64,000 nt of DNA, taken from positions 1,408,001-1,472,000 of the forward strand of contig CAWKMU010000003.1 of NCBI GenBank assembly GCA_963850905.1. Reading direction: 5' to 3'. Both the position numbers and the translations under genes were made by a program. The notes under the pieces were generated by a model, which ran no database searches, was not told where the DNA came from, and saw only the letters and a list, made by a program, of their open reading frames with translations. This document shows positions 60,234 through 64,000 of the stretch, one piece after another (positions within the stretch are counted from its first letter, which is position 1; every line of letters begins with the position of its first letter). Source of the stretch: an uncultured Gemmatimonadales bacterium (GTDB lineage: Bacteria; Gemmatimonadota; Gemmatimonadetes; Gemmatimonadales; Gemmatimonadaceae).

Positions 60234-61019
60234 TTACTTCGGTGGGACAAACATCTTGCCATCCAACTTCTCGCCCATGCGGATGTTGCCGTACTCCTCT
60301 TTCTGGATCTGCTTGCCGTTGACCGAGACCACGACTGTCTTGGAGATCCAGCCATCCGCCAGCAAGGTGTAGTTGTCGAACCGATACTCGACGGTCTTGG
60401 TGCTATCCGTGGGAGCGGGCTCGATCGCGCGCACGAACAGGAGCCGGTCCCGATCGATCCAGAGCTGCGGTGAGTGCAAGTCGCCCTTGTTGGCGCCGAT
60501 CACGAAGACTTCGCGGCCCTGCCAATCGTCGCCCCGGACGGGCGTCATGGGAAAATGCAGCGCGGTGAGTGCGGCGACTGTCTTGTCAGGCGACTGCCGA
60601 TAGACATCAAATCCCATGATCAGCAGGATGTTCCGCTGCGCTTGGCGGGTGACGCTGTCACCCTGGATCCGAAAGAGCGAATCGCCATTGTAGATGTACG
60701 TGCGGGGCGGCGTCACATTTTCCACGTCGATGCGGAGGCGTCCCGGGATGATCATCGCCTCCTTCCAGGTCTCGTTCACCGTGCTGTCTCCTGCGGTTCG
60801 CCGAGTCGTCCGTTGCGTGAATGTGAGCGTATGATACCACGAGTCGATATAGCGCTCGTTCATCCGCGCGATGACCTCGTTGCCGGTTTTCGGGAACGCC
60901 TGGGCGAGCGACGCCACAGGCATGCTCGCGGCGACGGTAAGGAACGTCGCTCCGACGCCGACCAAGCGGGTCACGCGGGACAGGGGACGTGCGTTCACGG
61001 ATGCTCCGGCTGGGGGCAC
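60234..61019 (-). CDS. Secreted hypothetical protein (LolA/LppX-like fold possible)
   Basis: Signal peptide; 'WYHTLTFTQRT', 'W.EA..IPGRLRID', 'QLWIDRDRLLFVR'. Confidence 0.7.
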   Translation of the reverse strand: MPPAGASVNARPLSRVTRLVGVGATFLTVAASMPVASLAQAFPKTGNEVIARMNERYIDSWYHTLTFTQRTTRRTAGDSTVNETWKEAMIIPGRLRIDVENVTPPRTYIYNGDSLFRIQGDSVTRQAQRNILLIMGFDVYRQSPDKTVAALTALHFPMTPVRGDDWQGREVFVIGANKGDLHSPQLWIDRDRLLFVRAIEPAPTDSTKTVEYRFDNYTLLADGWISKTVVVSVNGKQIQKEEYGNIRMGEKLDGKMFVPPK

Positions 61020-61245
61020 GTACGCGGGGCGTGGTGGGGCCTCGGCGAAAGAGACCCAAGCCTGACCGCAAGAGCAAGGCCGGGGGCAGTGGCCGATCGC
61101 CGGCAGTCAATGCAACTCCGGTCGCGGCGCGATACGCGCAAATCGTCAATCGATGCTGCGAAACGGATGAGTTGGCTCTCGTGGGCGTTAGCGGCGCCAG
61201 GCTCGCGCAGTAGGGGTTAGGAACGAAAACGGCACCGACACCAAC

Positions 61246-61270
61246 GGGCGACGCAATGCGTCGCCCCTAC
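61246..61270. repeat. REP-like palindrome (GTAG family), inverted orientation
   Basis: GGGCGACGCAATGCGTCGCCCCTAC. Confidence 0.85.
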
Positions 61271-61417
61271 CGGTCCGAGGCCGGCCACTGTGCACCGTAT
61301 TCAGGAATAGCCTATCGCGCTTTCGCTTGTTCCCTGATGGCGCTGCCATTAGGCTCTCATGCGCGCCACCCCCTCGCTCGAGCGCACGCATCGCTCTCAC
61401 AACGACGAGGTATCACG

Positions 61418-61990
61418 ATGGCATCATCTCCGACCTTGACCAGCGCGATGGAACAGCACCTGGACGAGACTATCGCGCTCATCAGTCGCACCCCCGCCAC
61501 ACTGGACGCACTCCTCCGTGGTCTACCCGAGGCATGGACACAGCACAACGAAGGTCCGGAGACATGGAACGCCTTCGACGTGCTCGGCCACTTGATTCAC
61601 GGCGACCGAACGGACTGGATGCCGCGCGCGCACATCGTGCTGCAATTCGGCGAGGCTCGCGCGTTCGACCCCTTCGATCGCTGGGGACACATTGGCGAGA
61701 GTCGCGGGAAGTCCATGGGGCAGTTGTTGGACGAGTTTGCGCGTTTGCGTTCCGAGAACGTGCGCGCGCTCCGCGCGCTCAACTTGCAGCCGGAGCAACT
61801 GGCATTGCGGGGACACCATCCATCGCTCGGAGTCGTTACGTTGTCACAGCTACTGGCTGCCTGGGCCGTGCACGATCTGACACATATCCATCAGATCTCG
61901 CGGGTCATGGCTCACCAATACCGAGCGGCCGTGGGGCCCTGGGCCCGATATCTCGGGGTTCTGCACTGTGCTGGCCACAGCGAGCCCTAG
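61418..61990 (+). CDS. DinB-family protein
   Basis: GAGG RBS; W...DVLGHLIHG...DW..R, FDPFDR, WAVHDLTH..QI. Confidence 0.9.
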   Translation: MASSPTLTSAMEQHLDETIALISRTPATLDALLRGLPEAWTQHNEGPETWNAFDVLGHLIHGDRTDWMPRAHIVLQFGEARAFDPFDRWGHIGESRGKSMGQLLDEFARLRSENVRALRALNLQPEQLALRGHHPSLGVVTLSQLLAAWAVHDLTHIHQISRVMAHQYRAAVGPWARYLGVLHCAGHSEP

Positions 61991-62160
61991 ACGACTCGGA
62001 TGTGGTCCGCGACGCCGACACCCATCGCCAAATGATGACCTGATCGGACCGTGCAATGTGTCGGAGTCCGCGCCTTTGCCAGAGAGCGCGGCAAGCCGGG
62101 CTGTACTTAGAGACTAAAGTCGAATGGCCTGTCCAATCGGTGGGCGCGTATCCTCTCCCC

Positions 62161-62880
62161 ATGCGCCTATCCATCATTGCAGTCGCTCTCGCCGGCGTGC
62201 TCTTCCAGCAAACGCAGCGGTTTGAGGGCTCAGTCAGAGCTCGGACAGCGTTCCTCTCGACGAGCGGCGGGACGCTCACGTTCACCGAGAAATGGCCCAG
62301 CGAGCGGTTCGACATCAACTCCCAGCAGTATGGGAAGGCGATCGTCCTGGTCGACTTCGCCAAGGGGACGCGCACGACCATCATCCCGGCGAAACACCAA
62401 TACTGGACGGTCAACCGGGGCCAGCGCCTGGAAGAACTCGCGAAGGCGATGAACCAGCAAGGCCAGCAGCTGATCGCAGTAGGGGTGACCACCGTCGTGA
62501 CCCCGACGACGCGCACGGACATGGTTGCTGGCACGCCATGCAAGTATTACAAACTCGGCTCGGCGCAGAACGTGGACGCGTGCGTCGCCAGCAACATTGG
62601 CCAGTTCATGCCTGCGGCGCAGACTGATGCCGCGAATGCGCTAGGGATTCCCACGGCTGCCCTGCTCGATTCGACGTACGACAACTTGGGGAGCCGCTTC
62701 CCGGGTGGATACTTCCCACTGAGAATCGTATCGCGCGCGTCGGGCTCGCCGCAGGTCGTGTGGCAGGTCGAGAGCATCCAGCGGCACGCGGTGGCCGACA
62801 GCGTGTTCACCATTCCGGCGGGCTTCAAGGAAGTACCGGCGCCGAAGTTGACGAACGACTCGACGTCGAAGTCGCAATAA
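62161..62880 (+). CDS. Secreted DUF4412-like protein
   Basis: Signal peptide; 'T..TDMVAGTPCKYY', 'FPLRIV', 'DSVFTIPAGFKEV'. Confidence 0.75.
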   Translation: MRLSIIAVALAGVLFQQTQRFEGSVRARTAFLSTSGGTLTFTEKWPSERFDINSQQYGKAIVLVDFAKGTRTTIIPAKHQYWTVNRGQRLEELAKAMNQQGQQLIAVGVTTVVTPTTRTDMVAGTPCKYYKLGSAQNVDACVASNIGQFMPAAQTDAANALGIPTAALLDSTYDNLGSRFPGGYFPLRIVSRASGSPQVVWQVESIQRHAVADSVFTIPAGFKEVPAPKLTNDSTSKSQ

Positions 62881-62901
62881 GCGCTGGCTCCTTGGCGCAT
62901 C

Positions 62902-62938
62902 TCAGCGGCGCGGCCCTAATGTGGGGCCGCGCCGCTGA
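62902..62938. terminator. Strong hairpin between convergent genes
   Basis: 15-bp perfect stem TCAGCGGCGCGGCCC / GGGCCGCGCCGCTGA. Confidence 0.65.
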
Positions 62939-63000
62939 TGCGTTCAGGCACGTCTGACTGCGGCGGCGCTGGCGCTGCCGAATCCCAGGTGGTCGCCGGG

Positions 63001-64000
63001 CTACACGGCCACGCGTTTCCACTGTCCTTGCCGGAAGAGGAGCGCGGCGACGACGGCGAGGGTCGAGAACGAGAGCGTGATGGCCAGGAAGATTCCGCGG
63101 GGCCCAGCGCCCAAAGGCACGGCCAGGACGTACGCGAGCGGGATCTGGAAAAGCCAGAAGATGGCGAAGTTGAGCACTGTGGGGGTCCAGGTGTCGCCGG
63201 CGCCGTTGAACGACTGGATCATGACCATCTCGTAGGCATAGAACGGGAATCCCGCCGCGACGATGCGGAGGCAACTCGCGCCTACGGCGAGCACCGCGGG
63301 ATCTTGCGTGAACAGTCCGACGATGGGCCGCGCCGCCACGATGAAGCCCAGCCCAACAGCGGTCAGGGCCGCGCAGTCGTAGAAAGCGGTCACCCAGACG
63401 GCTTGCTCCGCTCTCGCTGGCTGCCGCGCACCCAATGCCTGCCCGACCATCGTGGCCGCCGCGTTGCTCAACCCCCACGATGGCAGCAAGGCGAAGATGA
63501 TGATACGAATGCCAATCGTGTACCCCGCGAGCACGGTGCTCCCGAACGTGGCGGCGATCCGTACGAGTCCGATCCAGCTCGCCGTTCCGATGAACGTCTG
63601 GAGCGCTCCTGACACGGACAGGCGGAGGAGCCGGCCCATGACCGCCGGCTCGAGGCGGAGGTGGCGGCGGGCAACGGACACCCGCCCGCCTGGTCGCAGG
63701 AGGCGTGATGCCGCGAACACGACGCCGGTCCCACGGCCGATTGTCGTTGCGGTCGCTGCGCCGATCACACCGAGTCGAGGGAAGGGGCCGAGTCCGAAGA
63801 TCAGGCAGGGGCCCAGCACGATGTTGATGGCGTTGGCGAGCCACAGCACGCGCATGGCGATCGCCGCATCGCCTGCTCCGCGGAAGATGGCGTTCAGGAG
63901 AAAGAGCAGGAGAATCGTTCCGCTGCCGCCCAGCATGACGCGGGTGTAGCCGCTTCCGATCGCGAGCACGGAAGGCTCGGCACCCATGAGCGCGAGCAGC
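63001..64000 (-). CDS. MATE-family efflux transporter (5' part outside the window)
   Basis: NAIFRGAGD, GVIGAA.AT, AAATMVGQALGA, FNGAGDT.TP, FRQGQWK. Confidence 0.93.
   Translation of the reverse strand, partial: LLALMGAEPSVLAIGSGYTRVMLGGSGTILLLFLLNAIFRGAGDAAIAMRVLWLANAINIVLGPCLIFGLGPFPRLGVIGAATATTIGRGTGVVFAASRLLRPGGRVSVARRHLRLEPAVMGRLLRLSVSGALQTFIGTASWIGLVRIAATFGSTVLAGYTIGIRIIIFALLPSWGLSNAAATMVGQALGARQPARAEQAVWVTAFYDCAALTAVGLGFIVAARPIVGLFTQDPAVLAVGASCLRIVAAGFPFYAYEMVMIQSFNGAGDTWTPTVLNFAIFWLFQIPLAYVLAVPLGAGPRGIFLAITLSFSTLAVVAALLFRQGQWKRVAV

Overview
A GC-rich bacterial chromosomal segment. Its protein repertoire (Ig-repeat lipoproteins, kinase-PEGA, carboxypeptidase-regulatory/plug proteins, RDD-SpoIIM fusion) suggests Gemmatimonadota; this is an inference. 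It holds about 52 protein genes and no rRNA, tRNA, CRISPR array, transposase or phage genes that I can see. Content: a four-gene envelope cluster (Ig/beta-helix lipoprotein, Ser/Thr kinase, TPR protein, beta-barrel), a TetR-TolC-HlyD efflux operon, ppi/nth, peptidases (M42, M61, S58), FadL plus SGNH lipase, pxpABC, a paoABC-like molybdoenzyme, transporters and many secreted enzymes. Main observations: (1) all four broken genes carry a +1 frameshift at or beside the same 7-mer, CAGAATG, repairable to CAGATG. This suggests a motif-specific DNA modification causing sequencing miscalls rather than true pseudogenes. (2) A family of intergenic heptamer-periodic inverted repeats and GTAG-type REPs is present, including a nested ~270 bp palindrome and a matching 'empty' site. 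(3) A T-[AG]-P motif recurs just after the lipobox Cys in unrelated lipoproteins. (4) The kinase/TPR/barrel/adhesin cluster is a candidate trans-envelope system. All family calls come from motif recognition by eye, not database searches.
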